Assembly: GCA_035444565.1 (NCBI GenBank)
Contig: DAOMOX010000001.1
Coordinates: forward strand, 322,335 to 386,334
Direction of reading: 5' to 3'
Length of the DNA stretch: 64,000 bases
From: Candidatus Dojkabacteria bacterium
GTDB lineage: Bacteria; Patescibacteriota; Dojkabacteria; B142; OLB20
The position numbers were made by a program, and so were the translations under genes. Shown in pieces: positions 19,726 through 29,788 of the stretch. Under the pieces are notes generated by a model. It was not told the DNA's origin. It was given only the letters and a program-made list of their open reading frames with translations, and made no database searches. Positions within the stretch are counted from its first letter, which is position 1; every line of letters starts with the position of its first letter.

Positions 19726-19871
19726 TTGAAGGTATTAATGCATTACTAACCAATCTCATTTTAATTAGGTTCTCCCCCTCCGCAAAAGCTTCGGGGGACT
19801 AACCAGCAGTAGCGTTCGCAAGCTCACCAACTGCTGGTTTAGGAGTCCTCTCCGCGGAGTTGAAGGTATTA
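19709..19871 (+). repeat. 29-bp perfect direct repeat of the tRNA-Asn 3' end (GAGTCCTCTCCGCGGAGTTGAAGGTATTA) at 19709-19737 and 19843-19871, flanking a 105-bp structured spacer
   Basis: Read directly from sequence. Spacer 19738-19842 contains hairpins GGTTCTCCCCC...GGGGGACTAACC and CCAGCAG...CTGCTGG. Confidence 0.85.
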
Positions 19872-19894
19872 TTTAATTACAATTCAATACCTAG

Positions 19895-20182
19895 ATGATG
19901 GCAAAAAAGGTGTGTGATAAAGGGCATAAGTTTACAAAAAGCAGCGATTGTTTGACCTGCCCTATCTGTGCAAAGGAAGAATCAGAATCAATCTACACAA
20001 ATGGATATCCAAAAGTCGGGTCTCCAGCTTTGAATGCGCTAAAACACAATGGAATTACTCCCTCGGATTTAACAAAATATTCAGAAGAAGAATTGCTTAA
20101 AATTCATGGTATTGGCCCAAAGGCTATAGACATACTACGTATATATCTTAACGAAAAAGGCTTAAAATTTAGAAATAAGTAA
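19895..20182 (+). CDS. Small zinc-ribbon plus helix-hairpin-helix protein, putative nucleic-acid binding
   Basis: 95 aa. CDKGHKF...CLTCPIC zinc ribbon. LLKIHGIGPKAIDILRIYL HhH motif. Confidence 0.4.
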   Translation: MMAKKVCDKGHKFTKSSDCLTCPICAKEESESIYTNGYPKVGSPALNALKHNGITPSDLTKYSEEELLKIHGIGPKAIDILRIYLNEKGLKFRNK

Positions 20183-20341
20183 AGTTTCTTCATCTAGTAA
20201 TCGTCAATTATGAGAGTTCTTTTCCCATTTCGAAGATACTCCACAAATTCTGACCATGAAAAGACAAAAGTTAAACTTTTTCAGAATTTCCAAATCATAC
20301 AATTAAATTATATAATTCCCTATATTTATTAACTCGTTAAT

Positions 20342-20935
20342 ATGCTGGATGAGCGATTCGTAATAATTGCAGGAATCATTAATATTTCCGGAATCTTACT
20401 ATATGTCTACGACACCATTAAAGGCCACTCAAAACCAAATCGAGTAACTTGGTTTCTATGGTCGCTTGTTCCCTTTATTGCCTTCTCCGCACAAATTAAA
20501 CAAGGCGTAGGACTTACATCTATCCTTACTTTTACATCAGGGTTTGGTCCATTTATGGTTTTGGTCGCTTCTTTGTTGAATAAAAATGCTTATTGGGAAC
20601 TTAAACGTTTTGATTTGGTTTGTGGGGCAATCGCAGTCCTCGGAGTAATCTTGTGGTTAGTGACAAAAAATCCTAATTTAGCAATCATTTTTTCAATCAC
20701 TGCAGATGGATTTGCAGCCTTACCCACATTAGTAAAGTCATTTAAATTCCCGGAGACAGAGAGTATGGTTACTTATTTATTAGCTTCGTTTGGAGCTTTA
20801 TTAACTTTATTCACCATAGACACTTGGAAACTTGAATTCTTTGCTTTTCCTTTGTACATCTTCATCTTGTGTTTAACCATAACAATATTTATAAAATTTA
20901 AAGTGGGGGCTAGATTTGGATTTAAAAAGATTTAA
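20342..20935 (+). CDS. Membrane protein, hypothetical (about 6 TM)
   Basis: 197 aa, hydrophobic throughout. Confidence 0.35.
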   Translation: MLDERFVIIAGIINISGILLYVYDTIKGHSKPNRVTWFLWSLVPFIAFSAQIKQGVGLTSILTFTSGFGPFMVLVASLLNKNAYWELKRFDLVCGAIAVLGVILWLVTKNPNLAIIFSITADGFAALPTLVKSFKFPETESMVTYLLASFGALLTLFTIDTWKLEFFAFPLYIFILCLTITIFIKFKVGARFGFKKI

Positions 20936-21008
20936 GGAAAAAACTAGATTTCACAGATATATCCAACCTCATTAAATATGCTAAAATCAAATAATTAGAG
21001 TTTCCCTG

Positions 21009-21695
21009 ATGAACAGAACTTTCAACACCCTTTTCTTACTTATTTCTGTCGACGGAAAGATTTCAACGGGAAGCGTTCCTGATAGAGATGTAGACAAAGA
21101 TTACAAAAACCTACCCGGTATTAAAGAAGGTCTTCATCAATACTACGAAATCGAGAAAACTACAGACAATTTCTCCCTGAACTCTGGCTTTGTGATGTCA
21201 AAAATAGGTGTAAATACTGACCAAAATCCAATTCATTGTCCAGGTGTAAACTTTATAATTATTGATAACAAGAACCTAAACACACAAGGGATTAGAAATC
21301 TTTGCGATAACGTAAAAACTTTATTTTTAGTAACAACCAACGAGAACCATCCAGCTTTCAAGCTTGAAAATGACAATCTAGAGATCATTTTTTACGAAAG
21401 TGAAGTAGATTTTAAAGATTTATTTGCTCGATTAAGGAATGATTACAAAGCGGAAAGAGTCACAATACAATCTGGGGGGACACTTAACTCTGTTTTCCTA
21501 AGGAAGGGATTAATCGATAGGGTTTCAATTGTAGTAGCACCTTGTTTAATAGGAGGAAAAGACACCTCCTCACTTATTGATGGGGATTCACTAATATCTG
21601 AGGCCGATTTAAAAAACATTAAATCCCTTACACTAGAAAGTGTGAAGCAATTACGAGACAATTATTTGCATATTATCTATAACGTTAATAATTAA
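21009..21695 (+). CDS. Dihydrofolate reductase family / RibD C-terminal domain protein
   Basis: 228 aa. N-terminal NTLFLLISVDGKIS...G and overall size resemble RibD_C/DHFR-like reductases. Confidence 0.5.
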   Translation: MNRTFNTLFLLISVDGKISTGSVPDRDVDKDYKNLPGIKEGLHQYYEIEKTTDNFSLNSGFVMSKIGVNTDQNPIHCPGVNFIIIDNKNLNTQGIRNLCDNVKTLFLVTTNENHPAFKLENDNLEIIFYESEVDFKDLFARLRNDYKAERVTIQSGGTLNSVFLRKGLIDRVSIVVAPCLIGGKDTSSLIDGDSLISEADLKNIKSLTLESVKQLRDNYLHIIYNVNN

Positions 21696-21697
21696 TT

Positions 21698-22273
21698 ATG
21701 AAGAATGCCATCATCCTACACGGAACCTGCTCAGAACAAGAATATCTGGATACCCAATCACCACCTTTATCGTCAAATCATTGGATTCCATGGCTACAAA
21801 AACATCTTTTAATTTCGGGTATTCATGCTAGATCTCCTCAAATACCAGAAGCTCATAAACCTGATTACCAAAAATGGAAAACCGAATTTGAAATGAATAT
21901 CGATAAAGATGTCCAAATCTTAGTGGGTCATAGTTGCGGCGGTGGTTTTTTGACAAGATGGCTTTCAGAAAATACTAGAAGCTTTGAAACAGTAGTCTTA
22001 GTAGCTCCTTGGCTCGATCCAGACAGAGTGAAAACTACCGATTTCTTCAATTTTGAAATCGATACAAACCTACCCTCTCGTATAAAAAATTTTTCATTGT
22101 TTATATCGAAAGACGACGATAAAGATATATTGGAGTCAGTAGAAATGATTAAAAGTAAGATACCTTCAATAAAGCTTTATGAGTTCGAAGACAAAGGTCA
22201 CTTCACAATTGAAGAGTCAAAAAGAAACGACTTCCCAGAATTACTCGAAGTAATAATAAGGGAAGCCGTATAG
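21698..22273 (+). CDS. Alpha/beta hydrolase (RBBP9/YdeN-like serine hydrolase)
   Basis: 191 aa. GHSCGG nucleophile elbow. Confidence 0.55.
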   Translation: MKNAIILHGTCSEQEYLDTQSPPLSSNHWIPWLQKHLLISGIHARSPQIPEAHKPDYQKWKTEFEMNIDKDVQILVGHSCGGGFLTRWLSENTRSFETVVLVAPWLDPDRVKTTDFFNFEIDTNLPSRIKNFSLFISKDDDKDILESVEMIKSKIPSIKLYEFEDKGHFTIEESKRNDFPELLEVIIREAV

Positions 22274-22291
22274 ATTCAAAAGAAGATTTAC

Positions 22292-22594
22292 TTACGCATC
22301 CATTTTCTTTTTGGCATCTTTCTTTGCTTCATTTACATCTTTTTTCAATTCTTTTTGTGCATTCTCAGCCTTTTCTTTCCATGCTTCGGCTTTTCCCTTT
22401 AATTCCTCACCTTTTTCTTTAGCTTTTACTTTTGTTTCTGCAAGTTTGGATTCAGCATCAGCTTTCATTTTCTTAGCTTTGTCTGATTTTGCGAAAACTC
22501 CTAATGCTGTACCTACAGCTAAACCTGCTGCTGCTGCACCAACTGCTAATTTCTTTCCATTGTCTTTTGACGTATTTGCCATATGAAATAACAT
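22292..22594 (-). CDS. Small Lys/Glu/Ala-rich YtxH-like protein
   Basis: 100 aa. Gly/Ala-rich hydrophobic N-terminal segment followed by charged coiled-coil-like tail. Confidence 0.35.
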   Translation of the reverse strand: MLFHMANTSKDNGKKLAVGAAAAGLAVGTALGVFAKSDKAKKMKADAESKLAETKVKAKEKGEELKGKAEAWKEKAENAQKELKKDVNEAKKDAKKKMDA

Positions 22595-22726
22595 AAAAAT
22601 TAAATTATCTGTATATATTATACCTATGAAAATCCTTGAATTGGGAATGTTTACACAATGTTGATGTAAATATTACAGACCCGAAACATAATTTCTATGT
22701 GAAAACCAATGATATTGATTGTCACT

Positions 22727-23605
22727 TCATTTGATAACCAACAGGATTAACCCTATGAAACTTAATGATGCAGCTATTAATTTCTTTGATAAATCTTTTC
22801 TTTCTTTTAACAAGACAATACCCAAAAGTACGGTAACTATACTTCCAACCTGTCCAACACCAGAGACTAGAGAGGCATTATCCGCCTGTGTTAATGCAGC
22901 AAAGAATGTTATTGCTGCGATAGCGTACAAGGTCGAGAATAGTAAAATCTTGGGTCCAAGTTTTTCTTTCAATAATTCCACTGATTCAGGGATGGATTTC
23001 GGCCTAGCAAGAAATAGAATCATTCCTGGGACTATGAAATCCACGAAGAGATAAGGGACATAATCAAACCAATCCAATAAATATTTATCACTGACTGTTG
23101 CAACACCAAATGTAACAGCCGCTAATAGAGCGTAGATTTCTCCTCGCGTGAATTTAAAGAGTCCTTTAATTGACGTTGTATTCAGGAAAACTATTGCAGA
23201 TAAAATTAACAAAGCACCAAATAATTGAATGATTGTTAATTTCTCATCTAAAAAGAGTGTGGCAACAAGAATGGTAATAACCGCTCTTAGCGAATAAATA
23301 ACAGTAAATCTAGAAACTTCCACACTTTGGAGTGCTTTGAAACCAAACACAGCATGGAGGGCATATAAAATACTTGAAAATAGTATGAACAGATAAAGAT
23401 TATTTGAGAAGATTTGTTCGATAGTGGGGAAATTCTGACTACCGATAATAAATGCTATTACCAAACAGACAATAGCACTAATTACTTGAGTCAAGGCGGA
23501 ATATGCATACGAGCCCGAAACTTTATTTTTCATGAGGACTCGTTGCAAAATCGAACCTAAAGATCCCGTTATAACCGAAAGTGTTATGAAAAACAACCAG
23601 TTCAT
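22727..23605 (-). CDS. EamA/DMT-family transporter
   Basis: 292 aa, about 10 TM. Two-repeat architecture typical of drug/metabolite transporters. Confidence 0.5.
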   Translation of the reverse strand: MNWLFFITLSVITGSLGSILQRVLMKNKVSGSYAYSALTQVISAIVCLVIAFIIGSQNFPTIEQIFSNNLYLFILFSSILYALHAVFGFKALQSVEVSRFTVIYSLRAVITILVATLFLDEKLTIIQLFGALLILSAIVFLNTTSIKGLFKFTRGEIYALLAAVTFGVATVSDKYLLDWFDYVPYLFVDFIVPGMILFLARPKSIPESVELLKEKLGPKILLFSTLYAIAAITFFAALTQADNASLVSGVGQVGSIVTVLLGIVLLKERKDLSKKLIAASLSFIGLILLVIK

Positions 23606-24447
23606 TCTACTTCCCCTTGTTTAACATACGAAAACTCAGGCTCATCCTCTTTTGACCTATCGGTGTACTCAACTTCTTTTACCATATTGTTAATCATTTT
23701 CTCTGCTAAGCCTGGGAAGAATCTGTAAACGTTTGAAAAAGTTTGACTTGATCCAGGAATAACAATTCTTCTTTTGTCAGTGAATGTTGCTTCGTAAACC
23801 TTTTCTGCCACTTCATCAACTGTAAGAGCTTTACCCATCTTGGAAATATCGATATCTGCCTTGGAAGGATCAAAGAACTCTGTTATGACTGCTCCAGGAT
23901 GTAAAGTTGTGATTCTGACATTAAATTTCTTAAGCTCTGATCTGATGGAATCAGCAAAACCTGTAATAGCCCATTTGCTAGCGACATAGACAGACCATTG
24001 AGGCATGGTAATCAGTCCAGCCAATGACGAACAGAAAATAATGTGTCCGAAATTCTGCCTCACCATCACCTCTGTTGCAAATTTCGCAACCATAATCATT
24101 CCTTTTACGTTTACATCGAGGACTTTTTCAATTTCGTCTGCTGGTAATTCATAAATATTCCCCACAAAACCGATTCCTGCATTATTAAAAACTACATCAA
24201 TTTGTCTACCGTCTTTCGTTGCATCCAAAAATAGATTTCTCACATCGTCAATTTTTGTTACATCAGTTTGGAAAACTTCTGCTTTTCCGCCAAGTTCTTC
24301 AACCTTCGCCTTTACCTCTTCTAGTTTTTCTAATCTTCGTGCAGCCAATAATACAGTGGCGCCATCCTTAGCTGCTCTTAATGCGAATCCCATTCCAATT
24401 CCGCTAGATGCTCCGGTAACTAAAACTACTTTGTCTTTAAGTTTCAT
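23602..24447 (-). CDS. Short-chain dehydrogenase/reductase (SDR) family oxidoreductase
   Basis: 281 aa. TGASSGIG cofactor motif and YxxxK (YVASK) catalytic motif. Confidence 0.8.
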   Translation of the reverse strand: MKLKDKVVLVTGASSGIGMGFALRAAKDGATVLLAARRLEKLEEVKAKVEELGGKAEVFQTDVTKIDDVRNLFLDATKDGRQIDVVFNNAGIGFVGNIYELPADEIEKVLDVNVKGMIMVAKFATEVMVRQNFGHIIFCSSLAGLITMPQWSVYVASKWAITGFADSIRSELKKFNVRITTLHPGAVITEFFDPSKADIDISKMGKALTVDEVAEKVYEATFTDKRRIVIPGSSQTFSNVYRFFPGLAEKMINNMVKEVEYTDRSKEDEPEFSYVKQGEVE

Positions 24448-24538
24448 AAATTAGTTATAAAAATTAATATATTCTCGAACACATAATAGCGGATTAATTA
24501 GTGGAATTAAACATAGGTGGATTTATTTAGTATTTTGA

Positions 24539-24829
24539 TTAATTCGGGTAAGCTGTTCCCTCTTCGTTAACAATAACTAAGTACTCTTCTAATAAGGTTT
24601 GATAGTCAACCTCTTTTGGAATATGCAAAGCTAATATTGCGAACGGGCCACCTAAATCGTGAAAATCTTTATTAAATAGAGGATATAAAGTTACAAAGTC
24701 CACACGATTTCCATCAAAGGGGCTTACATAGTAAAACAGACCGTCTGGAGACATCACAAGTGAGCCAGATATAATGTGTGTTCTTGGAATTAATTCTATT
24801 TTTCCATCGCCTTCTTCCATTGTTATCAT
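24539..24829 (-). CDS. Hypothetical protein
   Basis: 96 aa ORF, no recognised domain. Confidence 0.3.
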   Translation of the reverse strand: MITMEEGDGKIELIPRTHIISGSLVMSPDGLFYYVSPFDGNRVDFVTLYPLFNKDFHDLGGPFAILALHIPKEVDYQTLLEEYLVIVNEEGTAYPN

Positions 24830-24917
24830 TCAATACTCACGATTATACACCAAGTCATTACTAGAATAATGTCCGAATTTATGGAATAATGTATATAATA
24901 TTTATTATTGAAAATTT

Positions 24918-25214
24918 ATGGATATCAATGATTTTGCCAAATTGGTTCTAGTACTTTCTCTCTCTTTCAGTTTAGTTGGAATCGCAATACAAATCATGCG
25001 ACTACTTGGGACAACTAACGAAACTCTAAAATTGTCTCATGATATTCTAAAGAGCTTAACAAAACTTGGTGAGAAAGTTACAGAAGATTATTCAAAATTT
25101 AGTACTCACCTATTAACTCTCTCAGAATCTGTTTCAAGAATTGGTACGGATGTAATAGTGCCGGTTGTTGGCTTATTTAGTTTTCTTGATAGATTCAAGT
25201 CTTCAAAAAAATAA
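24918..25214 (+). CDS. Hypothetical small membrane protein
   Basis: 98 aa, one N-terminal TM. Confidence 0.3.
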   Translation: MDINDFAKLVLVLSLSFSLVGIAIQIMRLLGTTNETLKLSHDILKSLTKLGEKVTEDYSKFSTHLLTLSESVSRIGTDVIVPVVGLFSFLDRFKSSKK

Positions 25215-25250
25215 TAGTATTTAATTATTTCTACTTATTAAATATTTAAA

Positions 25251-25559
25251 ATGTCCGAATATTCAAAAAGGAAAGCTCAATCTTCAGGGGGATTACTCGG
25301 TGGAATAGTTCTAGGTGGATTAATTGGCGCGACTCTAGGTGTATTATTCGCTCCTAAAAAAGGTGAGGATACCAGAAAACAAATTAAGAAAACTGGAGAG
25401 AAATATTACAAAACGGGGAAAGTAAAAGTAGAAGAACTAAAAAAGAAGGAAATTGATCCTAGATTGAAAACACTCGAGAAAGAAGCGAAGAAGCGCGTTT
25501 CCGATGTCGAAAGAAGTGTAAAAAAAGTTGTTGCTGATAAAACTCCAAGCAAAAAATAG
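25251..25559 (+). CDS. YtxH-domain protein
   Basis: 102 aa. GGLLGGIVLGGLIGATLGVLFAPKKGEDTRKQI matches YtxH/DUF948. Confidence 0.5.
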   Translation: MSEYSKRKAQSSGGLLGGIVLGGLIGATLGVLFAPKKGEDTRKQIKKTGEKYYKTGKVKVEELKKKEIDPRLKTLEKEAKKRVSDVERSVKKVVADKTPSKK

Positions 25560-25699
25560 TATTTGAATATAACTAAGAATCTCAAATATACTGTCACTAG
25601 GCAATTTCTGTAAGTGATGATATAATATTAATACTTATTCTTTGGCTGTTAGTTGCCGTCTACAGCTGAGGATTCTAGTTAAATTATTAAAAACATAAA

Positions 25700-25969
25700 A
25701 TGGCACTTACAAAAGAACAAAAGTTGGATGTTATTTCCAAATACCGTACTAGTGATAGTGATACAGGATCACCACAAGTTCAAATCGCACTTCTTACTCA
25801 CGAGATAAACGATCTTATCGAGCACCTTAAAATTCACAAGAAAGACAAACACTCAAGACGTGGTCTACTTGGAATGGTTGGAAGCAGAATGAGGTTGATG
25901 AAATATCTTGAGAAAAAAGAAGGAGTGGATGCTGTGAATAAACTCAAAAAACAGCTAAAGCTTAACTAA
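25700..25969 (+). CDS. rpsO: 30S ribosomal protein S15
   Basis: 89 aa. [13 protein letters not shown]...[12 protein letters not shown] is the canonical S15 signature. Confidence 0.9.
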   Translation: MALTKEQKLDVISKYRTSDSDTGSPQVQIALLTHEINDLIEHLKIHKKDKHSRRGLLGMVGSRMRLMKYLEKKEGVDAVNKLKKQLKLN

Positions 25970-26021
25970 ACTTTCCTTACAACTCTTTTTCCAATACCCT
26001 CTTTTTTGGGTACAATAGGTT

Positions 26022-27074
26022 ATGGCTTACGGAAATTATAAAGCACAACCCAAATACTCAAGTCTGAGACGTAAACGTAGGATGAATGTTGTTCGTACTC
26101 CGGACATATCCGGTTCTAGAAATATTTTTTTAGGTGTAATAGCTCTTCTAATTATTGTTTTGCTGATTTTCTCATTATTAAAATTTATAACATCCGGGTA
26201 TTTCAATATAAAAGAACTTAACATTATCGGACTTAGGGGCATTGAATATAACGAGGTTGATAAAAACCTCAGTGAATACTATGAGGAAAACATATTATTT
26301 ATAAGTAGTAACGAGTTAGAAAGGAAACTTTCAGAAAGTTTCCCTTCTTTTAAGTCAGTAAAAGTGAAAAAGTTTTGGCCTAACAAAATTCAAATCTACA
26401 TTTCAGAGAAACAACCACTACTCTATTATGTTAACTTTACAGGGGTTTACATAGTTGACGAAGATGGATTAATCACCAAAATTATTTATTCTGATCAAAT
26501 CAATTTCAACGATGAACAATTAAACGTTATTACAGGTGCAGAAGGCATAAATTCCAAACTGGTCGTAGAGCGTCTTGCGTCAGAATATGCCTTGACTCAA
26601 GAGGAACTTCCTGACGGAGAAAAGGTTGATTTTGACTTTAACACCGTCCCTATTGACCGAAAATTTGAGATGTTGAATACAATAAGAGAAGAACTCATTG
26701 ATCAATCCCTAACAATTCTCCAAAACTATGCACTTCAGTTCGACCCAAGTGTATACCCCGATTTAAAAACAGTCTATGTATTTGAAAACAAGAAATACGA
26801 GATTCGCGAACCAGTAGATGAAAATAGAGTTACTCTCACAAGTGAAGTTTTGAGGTTTTTAACGCTAAAAAACATTACAATCGTTGAGGTAAACTGGGAG
26901 GGTAAATTTCTTGTCAGATTTAAGACTGATACGGGTAAACAGTATATCTTTGGAACCACCAGAGTTTTGTCAGAACAACTTGAAGATTTCGAGATTCTGC
27001 TAGCAGAATTTAGTAAAGAAAATAAAAATTATTCCGAATTTGATTTTAGCTCTCGCAAAGTTTCTGTAAAATGA
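26022..27074 (+). CDS. ftsQ: Cell division protein FtsQ/DivIB-like (POTRA)
   Basis: 350 aa. Single N-terminal TM after basic tail. Position immediately upstream of ftsA-ftsZ. Confidence 0.55.
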   Translation: MAYGNYKAQPKYSSLRRKRRMNVVRTPDISGSRNIFLGVIALLIIVLLIFSLLKFITSGYFNIKELNIIGLRGIEYNEVDKNLSEYYEENILFISSNELERKLSESFPSFKSVKVKKFWPNKIQIYISEKQPLLYYVNFTGVYIVDEDGLITKIIYSDQINFNDEQLNVITGAEGINSKLVVERLASEYALTQEELPDGEKVDFDFNTVPIDRKFEMLNTIREELIDQSLTILQNYALQFDPSVYPDLKTVYVFENKKYEIREPVDENRVTLTSEVLRFLTLKNITIVEVNWEGKFLVRFKTDTGKQYIFGTTRVLSEQLEDFEILLAEFSKENKNYSEFDFSSRKVSVK

Positions 27075-27172
27075 TATACTTTTTACTCTACTTGCGCATT
27101 GCTATGTAGTTAGATACATTTACATCGCACATCCGCTATAATAGAATATATTGATATTTCATTGAAATAACT

Positions 27173-28507
27173 ATGGCCGGTAGAATAATTACTGCGATTG
27201 ATATTGGATCTACGAAAATCTCAACTATTATCGCTTCTATGGAAGAAGGCGGAACACCTGCAGTTATTGGTGTTGCGACATCTCCTAGTCAAGGATTGAA
27301 GAAAGGCGTCATTGTGAATATTGATGATGCGATTAACTCTATTGCGAATTCTTTAGAAGCAGCCGAAAGAATGGCCGGACTCACTGTGTCCTCTATTTAC
27401 ATCTCAATCAACGGTAAACACATCACAAGTTTAAACAATAAAGGTGTTGTTGCTATTGCACAGGAAGAGATTACAACTGAAGACGTATTCCGCTCTATCG
27501 AAAGCGCTAGGACAGTTTCAATACCACCATCTAGAGACATTTTACATGTAATCCCTCGTGAGTTTATTGTGGACGCACAAGGCGACATAAAAGATCCTAT
27601 CGGAATGACTGGCACTAGACTAGAAGTAAACGCTCACATCATTTCTGCCACTACCTCTGCTCTTCATAATCTTGTGAAATGTGTTCAACAAATTGGACTA
27701 CAAGTAGACGATATTGTCTTCACAGGTTGGGCATCGTCTACAAGCGTATTGACACCTACAGAGAAAGAACTCGGAATCATGTGTTTAGATATTGGTGGTG
27801 GCACTACATCTATTACAACATTTGTGGAGGATGCCATTACTTACAGTAGCTCAGTTCCTTTTGGAGGTATTAATATCACAAGCGACTTAGCAATCGGTTT
27901 ACGTGTTTCACTAGAAGAAGCAGAAAAAATTAAACTAAACGCTGAAGAATTGATGAAAAACACATATGTAGCAGACGAAGAGAGCGAAGCAACAAAAAGA
28001 AGGAAAGCCCTTCTAGCAGGTGAATCAGAAGAGGAAGAAGACGATGATAAAAAAGAAACCAAAAAGAAAAAAGACGTTGTAGACATTTCCTCTCTAGATA
28101 TCAAAGGCATGAAAACGATGTCGAGGAAGCTATTTAACGAGATTGTCGAAGCTAGATTGAGCGAGATTTTTGATATCGTAATCAGACAGGTAGAACAGTC
28201 CGGAAACGAAACTCGCCTACCAGCTGGAATTGTTATCACTGGAGGATCAGCTCTTATACCAGGGATTGCTTCAGTTGCGAAGAAAGTTTTTGGTGTACCT
28301 GCACGAGTTGCTTATCCTAAAGGACTTGGTGGACTTGTTGATGAAATCTCATCCCCTGCATATGCTGTAGGACATGGCCTTGTACTTTACGGCTCATCTG
28401 AAGAAGGTTTTGAAACTAGCACAAAAAGAACAACAGCCAAATCGTCTAAGAAATCAGGAGGAATCGGTAATCGTATTTCCAGTTTCTTTAAGAATTTATT
28501 GCCATAG
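27173..28507 (+). CDS. ftsA: Cell division protein FtsA
   Basis: 444 aa. Actin-fold motifs IITAIDIGSTKIS, GLKKGVIVNIDDA, CLDIGGGTTSI. Confidence 0.85.
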   Translation: MAGRIITAIDIGSTKISTIIASMEEGGTPAVIGVATSPSQGLKKGVIVNIDDAINSIANSLEAAERMAGLTVSSIYISINGKHITSLNNKGVVAIAQEEITTEDVFRSIESARTVSIPPSRDILHVIPREFIVDAQGDIKDPIGMTGTRLEVNAHIISATTSALHNLVKCVQQIGLQVDDIVFTGWASSTSVLTPTEKELGIMCLDIGGGTTSITTFVEDAITYSSSVPFGGINITSDLAIGLRVSLEEAEKIKLNAEELMKNTYVADEESEATKRRKALLAGESEEEEDDDKKETKKKKDVVDISSLDIKGMKTMSRKLFNEIVEARLSEIFDIVIRQVEQSGNETRLPAGIVITGGSALIPGIASVAKKVFGVPARVAYPKGLGGLVDEISSPAYAVGHGLVLYGSSEEGFETSTKRTTAKSSKKSGGIGNRISSFFKNLLP

Positions 28508-28639
28508 TACTTGCACAAATGGCATTTATTCATTAGACTGTTGTATTGCACACTCGCCTTACTTGATTAAAGCAAAGCTTTAATCTTATGCCTCTTGTTT
28601 ATATTTTTTCAATATTTTCATTTTGGAATTATTACAATT

Positions 28640-29788
28640 ATGCTTGTTAAACCTCAATCAACCAGTTTTGCGAAAATAAAAGTAGTAGGAGTTGGTGGTG
28701 CTGGCGGAAACGCTATAAACAATATGATCAAAAATCACGAAATTGAAGGCGTTGAATTCATTGCTGTAAATACAGATGCACAGGTACTCGCAAGCAACAG
28801 CGCAGAGATCAAATTGCGAATCGGAGAAGAGATTACAAGAGGCTTGGGTAGTGGAGGAAACCCTCAAATCGGGAGAAAAGCTGCTGAAGAGTCAGTCGAT
28901 TTACTACATGAACATTTAGCTGGTGCTGATATGGTTTTCATTACCGCCGGTATGGGTGGTGGAACTGGAACTGGTGCCTCTCCAGTAATTGCCGGAATTG
29001 CAAAAAATCTAGGTGCACTTACAATTGGAATCGTAGAGAAACCCTTCAATTTCGAAGGTCGAAGAAGGATGGAGACCGCAATACAAGGTATTGCAGAAAT
29101 TAAAGACAAAGTCGACACACTAATCGTTGTTCCCAATCAAAGATTACTTGATGTAATCGAAAGAAACATTTCTTTCATGGAAGCTATGAAAAAAGTTGAT
29201 GACGTCCTTGCTATGGCTGTTAAAAGTATTTCAGAACTTATCACTCAAGGAGGAATGATCAATGTAGACTTCGCGGATATTAAATCAATTATGTTAAACG
29301 CAGGGACAGCTTTGATGGGAATGGGTGTTGCTAGTGGTGAGGACAGAGCCAAAGAAGCCGCTAAAATGGCCATGGAGAGCCCCCTTCTCGAGGCTTCGAT
29401 AGAAGGTGCCACTGGAGTGCTCTTTAACATTTTCGGAGGCGATGACCTAGCAATGTACGAGATTGATGAAATTGCGAGAACTATCTCAGAAGTGGTTCAC
29501 CCTGATGCAAATATTTTCTTTGGTGCAAATGTTGACCCGTCTATGGACGAACAGTTACAGGTAACCGTCTTGGCAACTGGATTTGATACGAACAACCAAG
29601 GTATTCCTGTGCCCGCCGCACAGCCTAAACCAGTTCAAGAAGCTCCACGTAGTCCTGTTAATCCTATTAGAACACAACCTACAAAACCATCTAAACCAAT
29701 TTTTGACGACGATGACGATGATGATGACTACGATATGGACAGTTTGGAATCTACTCCATCATATATGAGGAGGAAGAAAGAGTATTAA
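28640..29788 (+). CDS. ftsZ: Cell division GTPase FtsZ (ORF opens at 28595; likely start at MLVKPQ)
   Basis: Tubulin signature GGGTGTGASPVIA. IKVVGVGGAGGNAINNMI. Poly-Asp C-terminal linker. Confidence 0.9.
   Translation: MLVKPQSTSFAKIKVVGVGGAGGNAINNMIKNHEIEGVEFIAVNTDAQVLASNSAEIKLRIGEEITRGLGSGGNPQIGRKAAEESVDLLHEHLAGADMVFITAGMGGGTGTGASPVIAGIAKNLGALTIGIVEKPFNFEGRRRMETAIQGIAEIKDKVDTLIVVPNQRLLDVIERNISFMEAMKKVDDVLAMAVKSISELITQGGMINVDFADIKSIMLNAGTALMGMGVASGEDRAKEAAKMAMESPLLEASIEGATGVLFNIFGGDDLAMYEIDEIARTISEVVHPDANIFFGANVDPSMDEQLQVTVLATGFDTNNQGIPVPAAQPKPVQEAPRSPVNPIRTQPTKPSKPIFDDDDDDDDYDMDSLESTPSYMRRKKEY

Noticed and set aside
22292-22594. Plus-strand ORF 22311-22586 (91 aa) opposite the YtxH-like gene
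   Set aside because: Its translation (SFFASFTSFFNSF...) is the low-complexity antisense image of a Lys/Glu/Ala-rich gene. The minus-strand reading has a plausible hydrophobic N-terminus plus charged tail.
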